NCBI GenBank assembly: GCA_964016885.1
Contig: OZ024742.1
Coordinates: 267,964,001-268,028,000 of the forward strand
Direction: 5' to 3'
Source: Eledone cirrhosa
Lineage: Eukaryota
Length of the DNA: 64,000 bases
Of the stretch, positions 1 to 12,520 are shown piece by piece (within the stretch, counting starts at the first letter, position 1; each line of letters opens with the position of its first letter). The notes beneath the pieces are model-generated. The model did not search any database. It was given only the letters and a program-made list of their open reading frames with translations, and was not told the origin of the DNA. Position numbers and translations under genes: made by a program.

Positions 1-3000
1 ATCTGATAGTCAGCCGAGAATGGTGGATGGGATGGCAGTGCTGTTTAGGAAAGGCCTGGATCTCGAGGTAAGGTCGATCTTCCGGCACCAGGACGGTAAG
101 TTGGTGGTCCTGGACGTGATCAATAGCGAAGCTGGCGTCTTTAGACAAGTGGCCGTCTACGCCCCTACAGGGCCAGGACGACCGGACATCGTTAGACGCC
201 TGGAAGCTTTTCTGGGTACTTCTCGCCATTTACTGTTATTGGGTGACTGGAACAGCATCTTAGAGGCAGGCTGTGAGTGTGTGGGGCTCCGCATTAGGAG
301 CGGGGGTGCAAAAGCCTCAAGTGCCTGATCAGGCAGTTCCAACTGTCTGACAGGTACCAACTAGATTTCCCTAATGCGCCAGTGTGGACCTGGACAAACC
401 GTTTAGATCGTATTTAGATATATTTCTAAATAGATTAGTGGATAAGGATAGTGTAGGGTGTCCACAATTATATACGGTCGCCTATTGAGACCACAAGTTT
501 CTGATCTGTATGGTCGATCTAGATAAGATGCGTAGGTGAGGACCTGGTTAGTGGAAGCTGAACATGTCATTTCCAGCACGTAAGGCTTACAGGGACTGGG
601 TCAACAATTTAGTTTTGCAAAAGTTGACAGCGGGGGTTGTCAACAACCGATGGTGTGCGGGCTCTCTCGAGAGAGATTAGAGTAATGTCGATAGGGTTTA
701 GCAAAGAGGTAGGGTTAGAGAAAAATAGAAAGGAGTTGGAGCTGTTAGATAGGTTAGACGATGCTATTTGTAGTGGCATTACAACTGACATGTTAGCGGC
801 GAGAATGGCATTAGATCATTTCTTCAATGCGAAACACGAAGGTTGCATTGTCAGAGCTAAGGCGCGTGCCTGAGAAATGAGGGAACCAAAGCTGTTCGAT
901 GCGCCCGCGTGGCGGAGGCACAGAGTAGTGACAAAAACACAATTCAGTCTTTGACGGGCCGAGATGTACACGAGCTCAATGATTCCACCCTGATGTGTGA
1001 GGCCTTTCGCCAGCATTTTGCTCGGTTGTTCGGGGGAGGAAGTGGTGGGTCAGAGATGGTGGCGTACCTCGATGGCTTGCCGCAACTCTCGACGACCGAC
1101 GTTCAGCGCTGCGAAAGGCCGATAACTTCAGCCGAAATTCAGGATGCCTTGTCGGCTACACGATGCGCATTTCACCCGATTTGGATGGTCTGCCCTACGA
1201 GCTTTACGTAAATATGCCAGACTTGTTCTCCGATCTCCTCGAAGCGCTCTACTGCAACTGGCACCAGAACGGGAGTATTCCCAGTACTGTGAGCCGGGGA
1301 GTAGTGACGAGAAGAAGAGGGACACATTAGATAATTTCAGGGCCATAATTCTGCTCAACACAGAGGTTAAGATGTTGGCCAAGGTGTTAGCGAAGAGCTT
1401 CGCGCTTGTTGTCGAGAATGTGGTTGGTGAGGCTCAAACTTGCGCAATCCCGACCAGGTTCATACACGACAATCTCCTCCTCATGCGATACATCATAGAG
1501 AGAGTACGGTGTAAAGCTGGCTTCGGTGGGGATCTGATCAATTTAGATTAATCGAAAGCATTCGATAGGGTCGACCATCGGTACCTGGAGGTTGTCCTCA
1601 AGGCAACTGTCTTCGGCCCGTCTTCAGAAGCTGGATCGCTGCAATGCACAGCGGCATCTACTCGGTGGTCAAAGTTAATAGCCACCTCTAGGAACCGTTT
1701 CAGATCTCCCGATCAGTCCGTCAAGGGTGCCCTCTCACCCCCCTTCTGTATGTATTGATTCTCGAGCCTTTACTGCGGAAGATGGAGCTGTTGCAGGACA
1801 TCCTGCTCGAATCGGGACGCGGAAAGGCTGTTACGGATTATGCGGAGGACATCACCGTGAAGGTGACGGACAACTCGGAAATCGAGGTGGTCGGTAACTT
1901 ATTGGAGGAATACGAAAGGATGACGGGAGCAAAACTTAACTGGGAAAAGTCGGTGGGATTGCAACTCGGCACATGGAAAGGCAAGTCCATGCCGTCCAAC
2001 AGCCTCGTAAGGCGTTGAACGGACGGATTGGTAAATTTGCTCGGAGTATGGTTCGGGCCGGACCTTCAGGTGGATAAAAATTTGGACGAGGTGTCCGGCA
2101 GGGTAGCCTATCTCACACAGAAATGGGCTGCGAGGAAGATATCACTGAAAGGTCGGGCGGAGGTGCCGAACGCGTACATCACGTTCATCATCTACTATCG
2201 TCTGATCGTCGTCCCTTGCCCCAGTTCGCGCCTCGACACTTGGAACGGTTCCTCATTAAATTCTTGTCGAGGGGACAGTTTCCGTTGGTGAAGGGGCCCA
2301 TCTGCTGCCTGCACCCTCTACGTGGAGGGCTTGTCATGCCGTGGCTAATGATGCGCCGACATGCGTTAACGCTGTGGCATCTCCAGATATTCTGCCTAAA
2401 CGGTGAACAGGTGTGGACGCCTTTTATCAGACGGGCCTCTCCGCAGCTCGTCTGTTTGACTAACCTGCAGTCCTTGGTCAAGGAGAGACCGAGACTGGGT
2501 GACTGGCATCTGGAATGTTGCCAGTCACTCACTGCCCTCTACCAGGTGGGAAATGCCGTCATTGGAGCTTCCACTCTCGAATTCTATAGAGGATTAGTGG
2601 TGGGCAAGTGCGACGACGCACTCGTAGAGGCTCTGGGCGTCGACAAAGTCGAACTAACCAGTCTGTGTCGGAGGACTTTTGAGCCGGTGACGATGGATAA
2701 CTTCCAAATATCCCTCCCTTGGCAGTGCTACCGGGGGGCACTGCCAGTTCGGGATAAAACCTACATGCATGAAAGAGCTGTCAGACGGACCTGCCCGAGA
2801 TTCACACAGAGCGAGAAAACCTTTCTGCACGCACTTCTCCAGCGTCCGTGCATTACTGACTTGTGGAGTTACGTCGAACAGCTGTTGTCGCATGAAGATC
2901 GACCCGCCGCCTTCTTTTGGCCAGGAAGTGCAGGCAATTTTCCTCTGTCTGGTGGCAGTAACGAAAGAGGTTGTATGGTAGACGAGGTTGAAAGTACTGA

Positions 3001-3260
3001 AGACAGACAATTTTCTCTTCGGCCAATCCCTCATCAACTTTTTCAAGTTTCATTGGGTGGAGAGAGAAGTGCTTCCCCCCAGTACATTTGCTGAAAGGTG
3101 GGTGAATGTGGCGAGAATGGCCCGTGTGTGTAGGCTTGCTCTTTGTCATGCGCCTGTAGGTGGGTAATTTGAGGAGGAGAGGGGTGTCCTTCCCAGGTGC
3201 TCTCGAAGCGTCGGGTCGTTCAGGATTGGTGGGGTACCTGAGCGAACCCTCGGTGGTCAT
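1..3260 (+). mobile_element. Decayed L1-clade (Tx1-like) LINE ORF2: AP endonuclease, reverse transcriptase, C-terminal Cys/His region
   Basis: Frameshifted ORF pieces contain VYAP..LLLGDWN (APE), NFRAIILLNTEVKMLAKVLA, INLD.SKAF, VRQGCPLSP, YAEDIT, LLGVWFG. Confidence 0.9.
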
Positions 3261-3403
3261 CCCCCACTATTGGGGACTTTTTCTTGTATTTTGATTGTTA
3301 CTTTGTTATTGTTATTCATATTGTTTACTCGATTTTTCTGTAAAACCCCACCGCCCTGTACACTATATGACGGCCCTTGTAGCCAATAAATGAAATTACT
3401 AAT

Positions 3404-3404
<1 letters not shown>

Positions 3405-3467
<63 letters not shown>

Positions 3468-3580
3468 TAAGTATAAGGAAAGAACAAATGAGAACCAATG
3501 GTACTAGTAGTAGTAGTAGTAGTAGTAGTAGTAATCCTATTTTTACCATTGGTTCTCATTTGTTCTTTCCTTATTCTTAT
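3405..3580. repeat. (TAC)n/(TAG)n microsatellites with a ~37-bp inverted repeat
   Basis: ataagtataaggaaagaacaaatgagaaccaatggta (~3467-3503) is the near-perfect reverse complement of ~3544-3580. Confidence 0.85.
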
Positions 3581-4814
3581 CGGTTTATGTCGGCTTATAA
3601 AATGTTCAGTGTTTCTATAGTTTCACTAATCTATAACCGACCTACAACATCCGGTCATCCGTACAAATTGCCTAAGCTGATTCTTCTACTTTTTATAACA
3701 CACGCACTACTCCATCACTGCCACCAACCACCCCACTACAACCACACGCACCACCACTTCGACCACTTGAGTAGGCAAGAGGAGACTATACTTTGTTATT
3801 AATATAACACTGCGTATGTCTATATCTTTGACTACTACGTGCGTTTAGTTTCCTGTCTGACTGGTTTTTCCTTTGTGAAGTTTGTTGTATATGTTTACTT
3901 AAATATTCTATCTGTTTTCTTATTACATTTTATGTTTTATTATATTTCTCTGTTATATAATCTCCCGCAGGAGATAATCCGATTTTCCATCACTGTTTCC
4001 AGAGAGTTGGACAGGGTTATCCGAAAGCTCGTTAATGTTACAAACCCACACACAACGCAACAAAAGATCGCAAACTTTTATAGGAACACACCTACAAACA
4101 TTAATATATGGTCTTTTATGTGCTTATGAACATATTTATGTGTATTGTGTACAATACGGCTGATTGCGCGTGCCAACGCTTTTTCTTTGTCAGTCAGGTC
4201 CATGCTAAAATATGGCCTTTCGTGGTTGCTGCCGCAGGGAAAGAGGTTTTCTCGTTGTTGTCGTTGCTGTTGTTATTGTTGGTGATGGTGTTGTCGTTGG
4301 TGTTGTTGTTGTTGGTGCTGTTGTTGGTGTTGTCATTTTTGTTTATATTATTGTTCTTAATATTGTTGATGTACCTCTTGTTATTTGTGCTGCAGGTGAT
4401 GATAGTGTCTAATGTTTTATCGGTGATCATATTTATTGTTGTTGGGCGTTATTTGCCTCAACATTTCGACATCAGGCACGAAGCTGGGGGAGTGGCTTCG
4501 CCATGTTTTCTTTCTTAAAAAAATAATTATAATTGGTCTTAAACAAATTTCAAATATTTGGGTCAAAATGCCCAAATATTTCAAATTTGTCCAAGGGCTT
4601 ATGTCCCTTTCACGACAACAAAAATTAACAATATATGATTCATAACAGGTAAATAAAAGGACTTACAGAAAGGAACAAAGAGACTTCGGACCAGACCAAT
4701 AACCTATAGTAATATGCCCTTTTGCTATTATTGAGGGATCTGGCATTCAGCATTGCAAGTACTCAACTGATAGCCGGATCCATTCTACACGTGACAGCAG
4801 GTGTTCGACATAAT

Positions 4815-4995
4815 AATAATGTTTCTACTTTCGGTACAAGACCAGCAATTACACCAGTGCATTACTGGTGCTTTATTTTAGCGTCCACGTAAAGATGAAA
4901 GGCAAAGTTAATATCGGCAGGATATGAACTGAAGAATGTAAAGGGCCATAACTCTATGCTGCAAAGCATGGTGTCTGACACTCTACCAATAGCCC
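4815..4995 (-). mobile_element. tRNA-derived SINE, diverged copy
   Basis: Homologous to copies at 25265-25440, 33358-33543, 35445-35632 and 54900-55085. Confidence 0.75.
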
Positions 4996-5949
4996 CAAAC
5001 CACATAAGAAGAAGAAGAAGAAGAACAACAACAACGACAACAACAACAACAACAACAACAACTTCAACAACAACAGTACCAACGGCTCCGAAGACTACAA
5101 CAGCAGCTGCACCACACAATGCAACATTCAAGTTTATGAAGAGAACTATAGTTGAAAGAATGTTAAAGTTACATTAGTGCTGTGTGATAATTAATGATTG
5201 AATCAGACTGGATAATTAGCTGGGATCATACATGTTAATTAAACATACAACTTAGAACTGTGTTTATAGTCTGAGATGGTAACTAAATGTTTAATTGTAA
5301 TGGAGGAACGATTTTTCTGTCATGTACAAGTGGATATAATGGTTGCTGTTTCCATTTTTCTTGTTTTTCTTGTTATTTTTGCTGTTGCTTTTACACTTGT
5401 GTTTCTTGCAATTGTTAGTGTTGCCATTGTCATTTTGGGGCTTGTTATGGTTGTTCTTTGGTTGTCGTTTTGTTGTTACTGTTCTTATTTCTGTTTCTGA
5501 TACTGTTGTGATCATTGTTGTCGTTGTTATTTATGTGGTAGCCTTGTTATCCTTGTTACTGTAGATTTTGTTATTGTCACTCTCAATGGTAATGTTGGTG
5601 TTAGTGGTGCTTTTGATATTCCTGATGATTGGAACACCGGGCTAGTCTAGTTCGAATAGAGTCTTGATCTAAGTGTTCTATATGAGATCATTCATGTATT
5701 TTTGACATCATTTATATAGTCCACTTATCGATTAAATGTGCCCTTTGCTTTCGCAAGACTGTAACATGTGTGATTATTTCAGTAAAGACAGTCAGAGACA
5801 TGTGTTAGGTTTCATTCAGGATGAAATAAATGGAATAGAAGAAACGTGTGGAAGAAACTGAGGGGAATGATATATATGGATATTTACCTGATTATTAGAG
5901 ATGTAGATTTCAGGTAGCTTACAGGTATCATTTCTAATGGGAATATGAT

Positions 5950-6250
5950 ATTGATTTTTCAGGAAAGGAACATCAGTGTTTATGCTACTTATCCGTACCT
6001 CTGATACTGATGGAGAGAATAGAGATCAGTAAATTTAAACAACAGATCTTGACCAATAGCTTGCAATGGTGTAGACTCTCCTAAAGGCAGCCGAATGAAG
6101 GATAATGTTTACCACAAAGTAGGCTCTCTTTCGTCATGTGCAACAACTTTTTTCCTGTTTGAGAGCTACGTATACAAACAAATCTTAGGACTTCCGATGG
6201 GATTGAGTCTCGCAATCCCTCTAGCTATCCCGTTGAAACACACACCACTC
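5950..6250 (+). pseudogene. Penelope-like RT fragment
   Basis: FFLFESYVYKQILGLPMGLSLA matches the PLE RT motif Y.Q..G.PMG. Confidence 0.6.
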
Positions 6251-6299
6251 ACCAGCTATGTTCCTTCTCTCTCTTCTCTCTCACTCTCATTCTCTCTCT

Positions 6300-6374
<75 letters not shown>

Positions 6375-6377
<3 letters not shown>

Positions 6378-6660
6378 ATAATAATAAAATTGAAGACTAA
6401 AATCCAAAGAGGGCTCGATAAGGAAAATATATATTAAATATATAAGAACCGTAGAGCAAATATTTATTAAAATAACAGATTAAAGTTTAAGCAAAGAATC
6501 GCTGCTTTCACCCTTAACGGGATCTTCTGAAACTAACAAAGTCAAACTGTAAACGCAGAACTAGATATTTCAAAAAACGTTGCAACCGGAGGAAGACAGG
6601 AAGACGATACTTTGGTTCGTGGAAACGTTCGCTGGCAAAGAACGGAAAAAAACGAATAAT
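6375..6660 (-). mobile_element. 3' terminal fragment (pLTR) of PLE family A
   Basis: Near-identical to 39005-39290, between (TA)n tracts. Another piece lies inverted at ~8010-8165. Confidence 0.85.
6484..6534 (-). ncRNA. Type I hammerhead, A4 core variant (family A; copies at 26294-26344 and 39117-39167)
   Basis: agttt CAGAAGA t-ccc-gttaa-ggg-t GAA a-gcag-cgattct-ttgc-t t aaact; helices I, II and III all pair. Confidence 0.6.
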
Positions 6661-6967
6661 ATATATATATAAATATGTATATGCAAGAGTTCTATTTAAA
6701 TTGTTGGGATACAACAAGCAAATATTTTATAACTGATTTCGGGTTGCAGCGAAGCTAACGAATGCAATCACAGTGTGCAGCTAAGCACTCAATAGGGTAT
6801 ATTACCCTAGAGTTATAACATTACGTTTAGACAGCTTTGCAGATTGAAGACAGCGACCGATAGACGTGCTGCAGTGACCATAGCGAAGAAAAAAACTGAA
6901 CTCAGGATAATATATATATTATTCAGAATAATAATAAATGAAGACATTCACATAATCAAAATATATG

Positions 6968-7029
6968 TTTTATTATATATATTTCGAAGGTACTGTGCTG
7001 TTTTTTCAGTACGTCCTCGTCAGATAAAA
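6968..7029 (-). ncRNA. Type I hammerhead ribozyme, canonical core
   Basis: ttttat CTGACGA gga-c-gtactg...cagtac-c-ttc GAA a-tatata-t a ataaaa. Confidence 0.85.
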
Positions 7030-7280
7030 TACATGAATTGATGTATGACATACCTCAACTGTCTTGATAGTTCAATTCCAGTACTGGCAGTGATTTATTA
7101 CAACAAATCTCAACATTTATACACCAACAAATAATAACATGCTACACTTAAATTTAAAGAAGAAGAGGATGTGGAGCGAATATGGGTATATGGAGGGTGT
7201 GAATATGGGGAAATGCAAGAAGAAAATAAATAAACACATACATACATAAATATTTAAATGAGTAAATAGAAGTATTATGG

Positions 7281-7314
<34 letters not shown>

Positions 7315-7319
<5 letters not shown>

Positions 7320-8443
7320 CAGAGGTACCCGGCGTTGCTCTGGTATTAAATAGCAGTTGTGTATACCATTTATGTCAATACTTCAGTGCTGCTTCGAAAA
7401 CTATACTTTTACAAAATCATCGGCTTTTTCCAAAAGGGGGTTCCTGGCCCCAGGGGTCCCCTACTCAATATGTGCCAATTCTGAGAGATTACATTCCTCT
7501 GTAGGACAAATGTAGCCCATGTGTCAAGTTTTGTGAAAATAGGTTGCGAACTCCAGAAGTTATGACGTTTTGTTGCATTGCACTGCAGTGCTTCAGTCAA
7601 CTCCAAGAAAGTGGTTAAAGGGGGTTATCTGCCTGGATGCCCTATAACCAATATCTGGAAAAATGAAAGTGCCCATGACCATCCGGAGTACATAAGTAAC
7701 CTATGTCTTAAGTTTGGAGAAAATACTGCAGAAATGCATAAGGTTTAGAAACGCGTGCGCACGTGTGTGTGTGTATGTGTGTGTCTGTCTCTTTGTGTGT
7801 GTGTTTGTGTGTGTGTGTGTTTGTGTGTGTTTGTGTGTGTGTGTGGGGTGGGGGTATGTATTTGTGTGTGCGTATGTATGTGTATGTCCGTCGGGGCATA
7901 CGTATGTACTGGCCTAAATCTTCACTATCTACTTTTACTATTTTAATAACCTCTGTCATTTTCGTTTTCAATTTTAGTTACATCATTCTTAAACACCAGG
8001 GCTGGAAATATTTCTGTTATGTTAATAGAATATTATTCTAGCGACTCCATTTATACCATAAACTGGGTCTTGTCTTTACATGAAATTGTCCTTCCCGCTC
8101 CACATAACGACGTATTATCCTCGCTTTTTTTCCCGTTCATTGCCAGGGAACGTCTTCACGAACTGTCTTCCTGTTTTCATTCGGTTGGAACGTTTCTCGA
8201 AATATTGACTTCTGCGTTCACAGATTACTCTCAGTTCAATTTGAATGGGAAATTCCTGTTTTATCGATTTTCTCCGTAACCATGGAAGCTTGTACCCTAA
8301 AAGTCGACCCAACGCCTCTTCGGGTCATTCTGCATAACTGTGTAAATTTTCGCTGCATTCCACCAAGCCGTTTCGACGTTTATCCGACAACACCTACTTA
8401 CTTAAATATACAATGTCCGACCACTTCTAATTTATGTAGTAGA
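7315..8443 (-). mobile_element. Non-autonomous Helitron-like element(s), with nested fragments
   Basis: Minus-strand 5' TCTACTACATAAATT at 8443; imperfect subterminal hairpin taccagagcaacgccgggta near 7328-7347; internal (CA)n. Confidence 0.55.
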
Positions 8444-8456
8444 TTATATATATATA

Positions 8457-9813
8457 TCTGTATATATATAAAATTAAGTATGTGTGTGTGTGTGTCTGTG
8501 TATTACCTATATTGGCCTACATCTTACGATCTATTTTCATGAAACTTTACAGGCTCATAGAGTAGTCATCGGGAAGTGTTTTCTATATATCGGCGTATGT
8601 TTTTTTTTATTCCGCAGTCATTCTGCAGATATAAATCGATAGGGGGAGTCACCTTTTTAAAGGTATCGAAAAATAAGCTTTCTGGCTCTAGCTCCCACAG
8701 TTTGCCACCGATTTCGTTCAAATTTTAAAGCAAAATAGAATGTATCATTGCTCATCCTGTAATGGCTTATATTTTGCATTTGTTGTTCAGGAAGGGCGTA
8801 GAAGTCGCTTAAATATTCAAAATTAACACTTTTAGATTCAAATTTTCACTTTTTTCGGCTCTAGCTCCCACATTATGCAAACTACTTTGTTCAAATGTTA
8901 CACTACGCTATATCTGATTATTTCACGTCTTAACGTCGCTTTATATTTTGGATATTATTTTCAGGAACGGCGTGGCAGCCGCTTAAATATTCTAAAATAC
9001 CACCTTTTCGCTCAAATTTCTGCCTTTTCGACTCTAGCTCCCACATTATTCAAACTACTTTGTTCAAATGTTACACTACGCTATATCTGATTATTTCACG
9101 TCTTAACGTCGCTTTATATTTTGGATATTATTTTCAGGAACGGCGTGGCAGCCGCTTAAATATTCTAAAATACCACCTTTTCGCTCAAATTTCTGCCTTT
9201 TCGACTCTAGCTCCCACATTATTCAAACTACTTTGTTCAAATGTTACACTACGCTATATCTGATTATTTCACGTCTTAACGTCGCTTTATATTTTGGATA
9301 TTATTTTCAGGAACGGCGTGGCAGCCGCTTAAATATTCTAAAATACCACCTTTTCGCTCAAATTTCTGCCTTTTCGGCTCTAGATGCCACATTTTTCAAC
9401 CGATTTCGTTCAAATTCGAAACTTCGGCTCCACCTCACACATAAATCAATTTATTTGGTTCAACTTTTATACTACGATAGAACCTATCATTGCACATCTT
9501 ATAGATGGTCAAAGGCATAACGATGGCCATTGACGTCGTCTGAGCTTTTAGTTGTGTATTTGAGAATTCATCGGTTTCAATCGAGTAGCGTGAGGAAATT
9601 TGGCTTAGTGTTAGAGGTCATTACTCCCTCCCCCAGCATGCCCCTTCGTCAGTCATCCGCGTTTCTCAGTGATAGAGGTCATCACCACCCTCCCCCGCAT
9701 GGCCTGTGTGTAGCCATAGATGAGTCATCGAGAAGCAGTGGCTAAGATCAACACCTTTTCATCAAAGCAGATATTATTTTACCTACCCAGGCTACGCTGG
9801 GTACTGCTGCTAG
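8457..9813 (+). mobile_element. Non-autonomous Helitron
   Basis: Starts TC after A. Ends with hairpin tacccag-gctacg-ctgggta then CTAG before T. No TSD. Confidence 0.8.
8855..9400. repeat. 173-bp tandem repeat, ~3 near-identical units, inside the Helitron
   Basis: Identical ORF text at 9060 and 9233; a diverged unit precedes at ~8685. Confidence 0.9.
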
Positions 9814-10131
9814 TACATATATATAAAGCTGTTCTTAGCCAATTACGTAATGTTTAATAGCATTACCTAATTTATGTGCACGTCAGTTCCATTTGGACTT
9901 TCGCCAACAGAGAATGTAGCAGAAACTAATGCATTAGTCTGGGGCCAGAAAATCAAATTTTCTAGCCACACGAAATCGTTTTTCTCATTATTTAACGTAT
10001 TATTGTACACTCTAATTTCCTTCGGCTTATATCTTAATGATACATACTTAATTAAATTATTGCGGGAGTGAGAACCGATCGTGAGTATCTCGGTCTTATT
10101 CGATAGATTCGTTTTAGTATTATTATTTTTA

Positions 10132-10256
10132 ATTCCTGAGGATAAGCGGCGTCCAAATTGTAAGTTGAAACTTTCACTCTATTTAATATAGTTCGATTTG
10201 TATATTATTTGTTTGCACTTACGTCTTTGCTTTCTATATAGAAACCCTGGTTGAGT
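10132..10256 (+). ncRNA. Type I hammerhead with ~100-nt helix II
   Basis: attc CTGAGGA ta...(gtaagt/acttac stem)...ta GAA a-ccctgg-t t gagt. Confidence 0.6.
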
Positions 10257-11807
10257 GCTTCCTGGCCCGTTTTCATTTTTTCATTTTTTCATTTGAATAC
10301 GCATCAACGTGTTCACCCTGAATAGGCAGAGCTAGCTTACTCCCTCTTCACTGTCATGTGACAATGAAGGTTGCGTTTACTACTAGAAGTTTTATGTCTG
10401 ATTTTTACCAGTAATACGATATTCCAACATAGGCAGCAAGATAGTGATTTTTACATTAGCAAAAAATCTGTGCATTTTTGCCAGAGTTGGATCAATAAAA
10501 AATACAATGGGTATTAATAACATACATTACGCATAGTAATTGAAACGTGATACAATTTAATCTGATTATTGAGTTTGAATCACAGTTTTAGAATATTACA
10601 TCTTTCTCTTCGTTGTTCAAATATAGTGTGAATGTAATGAAAGAAGACTCCATGTAGGAAATGTTGATCTTTGTTGACCCAATACCCAGGAATAATTGTA
10701 TAGTAGACGGAGAGAAATAATCAATAATATCAACTTTACTATATTGCTGGTAATTATCTTATTGCCTCACGGATGAAAAAGAGACAAAGTCAATCAAATA
10801 AGAGTGCAAGCTGTATTCCCAGCGTTGGTATAGAGCGTAAATATTGATATTTCAATATAGGAACAAGTCCACACAAGCCTGACATGGCTACTTGACTAGT
10901 GCTTAATTTATAGAACCTTTGAGGATGAAAAGTAATCTCTGTCACGGCTGTATTTGAGCTGATCAAGTGAATAGATATTAAGTAAATAATTCAGGGACTC
11001 TTTCCGATAGTCTACATTTTCTAAGCTTACCTCCCTCAACATTTTGATTTATTTAACTTAGAGAGAATAAATGGTTGCTAAGGAGATATAACACTAATTG
11101 AAATTGACTGGGGTCGATTTCCCTTGGTTTAGACATTTTAATCTGATGCTAGATGAGATAAATAGATCTAGAATAAATTTTAACAGAAGAATTCTATACA
11201 AGTAAAATGTATTTAGAATTTAACCTAGCATTACACCATATTCGGTCAACCCAACAATTCCAATTTACATTGACATAAATTAATTCTGATGTTATATAAT
11301 TGCGCAAATGCATTCAAACGAGATAGCTGAAATGTGAAATTGTTGGAATTCTCAAAAGTGTTAGCAGGAAAAAGATGTATGAAATTAAGTCGAGAAGAAA
11401 ACGGATCGAGTACATTGATTTTAAATCGCCGAACAACAACCACATTGTCAAAATGTTCTAAAATACCATGAGTCTAATATGTTCACTACTATAAGCATTT
11501 TTCTGAATAAAGGTCAAGTATATTTTTGAACGATGATCGTTACAGATTTTCATAGTGACATAATGCAACACAGTATTGACAACATCCATTTTGTTTAATC
11601 GATCCTATGACTGATGTCATAAAAAAAAGGATGATTTCTAGATGCGTATGCATAATATAAGGATATTTAAAAATGGCAAAGACAAAATCTGTACTATTGT
11701 ATCTCTACTTTCATTCCTTTGGTCTACATATGTCAATCATTTTGTGTTCTCGATCATGTGTAGTATCGTATGACGGTTGATTAAACAGACCATACCCATA
11801 TCACTCC

Positions 11808-11945
11808 GGCGGCGAATTAGCCGTTAGAACGTCTTTATGGTATTCGTTCAGTCTCTCTGCTTTCTGAGTTCAAATCCTACCGAGGTCAACTTTGCCTTTC
11901 ATCCTTTCGAGGTCCAGATGCATAGTACCAGTCTAGTACTCTGGT
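11808..11945 (+). mobile_element. tRNA-derived SINE, partial
   Basis: B-box-like gagttcaaatcc followed by gaggtcaactttgcctttcatcctttcg. Confidence 0.7.
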
Positions 11946-12209
11946 GGATTCTTCCTCTATATCTTTCTTCTTTCCTCTCTCTCTCCTTTTCTATCTTTCT
12001 CTGGAAGAAATCTGCTTTACTCAGACCTGGAGAGGGATAGGCTCCGTTAGGATTCAACATGCGCAAGAAACGCCGTGTATTAATACGGCGCCCATACGAC
12101 TCTATCAGGAGTTACGGGACCATGTACACATACATACATACATACATACATACATACATACATACATACATACATACATACATACGTAAATACGTATATA
12201 CGTACATGC

Positions 12210-12520
12210 ACATCAGATATAATGATATGGAACAGGGAAAAGAAGACATTCAGAGTAGTTTAAGTTAGCTGCCCAGCAGATGCCAATATAATATTAAAGA
12301 TTAGCGAAAAGGAGAATATCTATGCAGAACTAATGAGAGATCTGCATATACTCCACCCTGACTATACCTTCAGATATATACCTGTGATTATTGGAGCACT
12401 AGCATATGTTAGTAACAGCCTCAGTACAAATCTTGAGAAGTTGGGCTTTACAGAAGCAGATGGAATACGATTAATGCCGAGACTACACGAATTGTACAGA
12501 AAAACCCTCTGGAAGTAAAG
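12210..12520 (+). mobile_element. R4/Dong-like non-LTR retrotransposon, C-terminal restriction-like endonuclease fragment
   Basis: CPADANIILKISEKENIYAELMRDL...IPVIIGAL. Confidence 0.7.

Noticed and set aside
8855-9400. Regular repeats as a CRISPR-like array
   Set aside because: Whole units are identical with no unique spacers; eukaryotic Helitron context.
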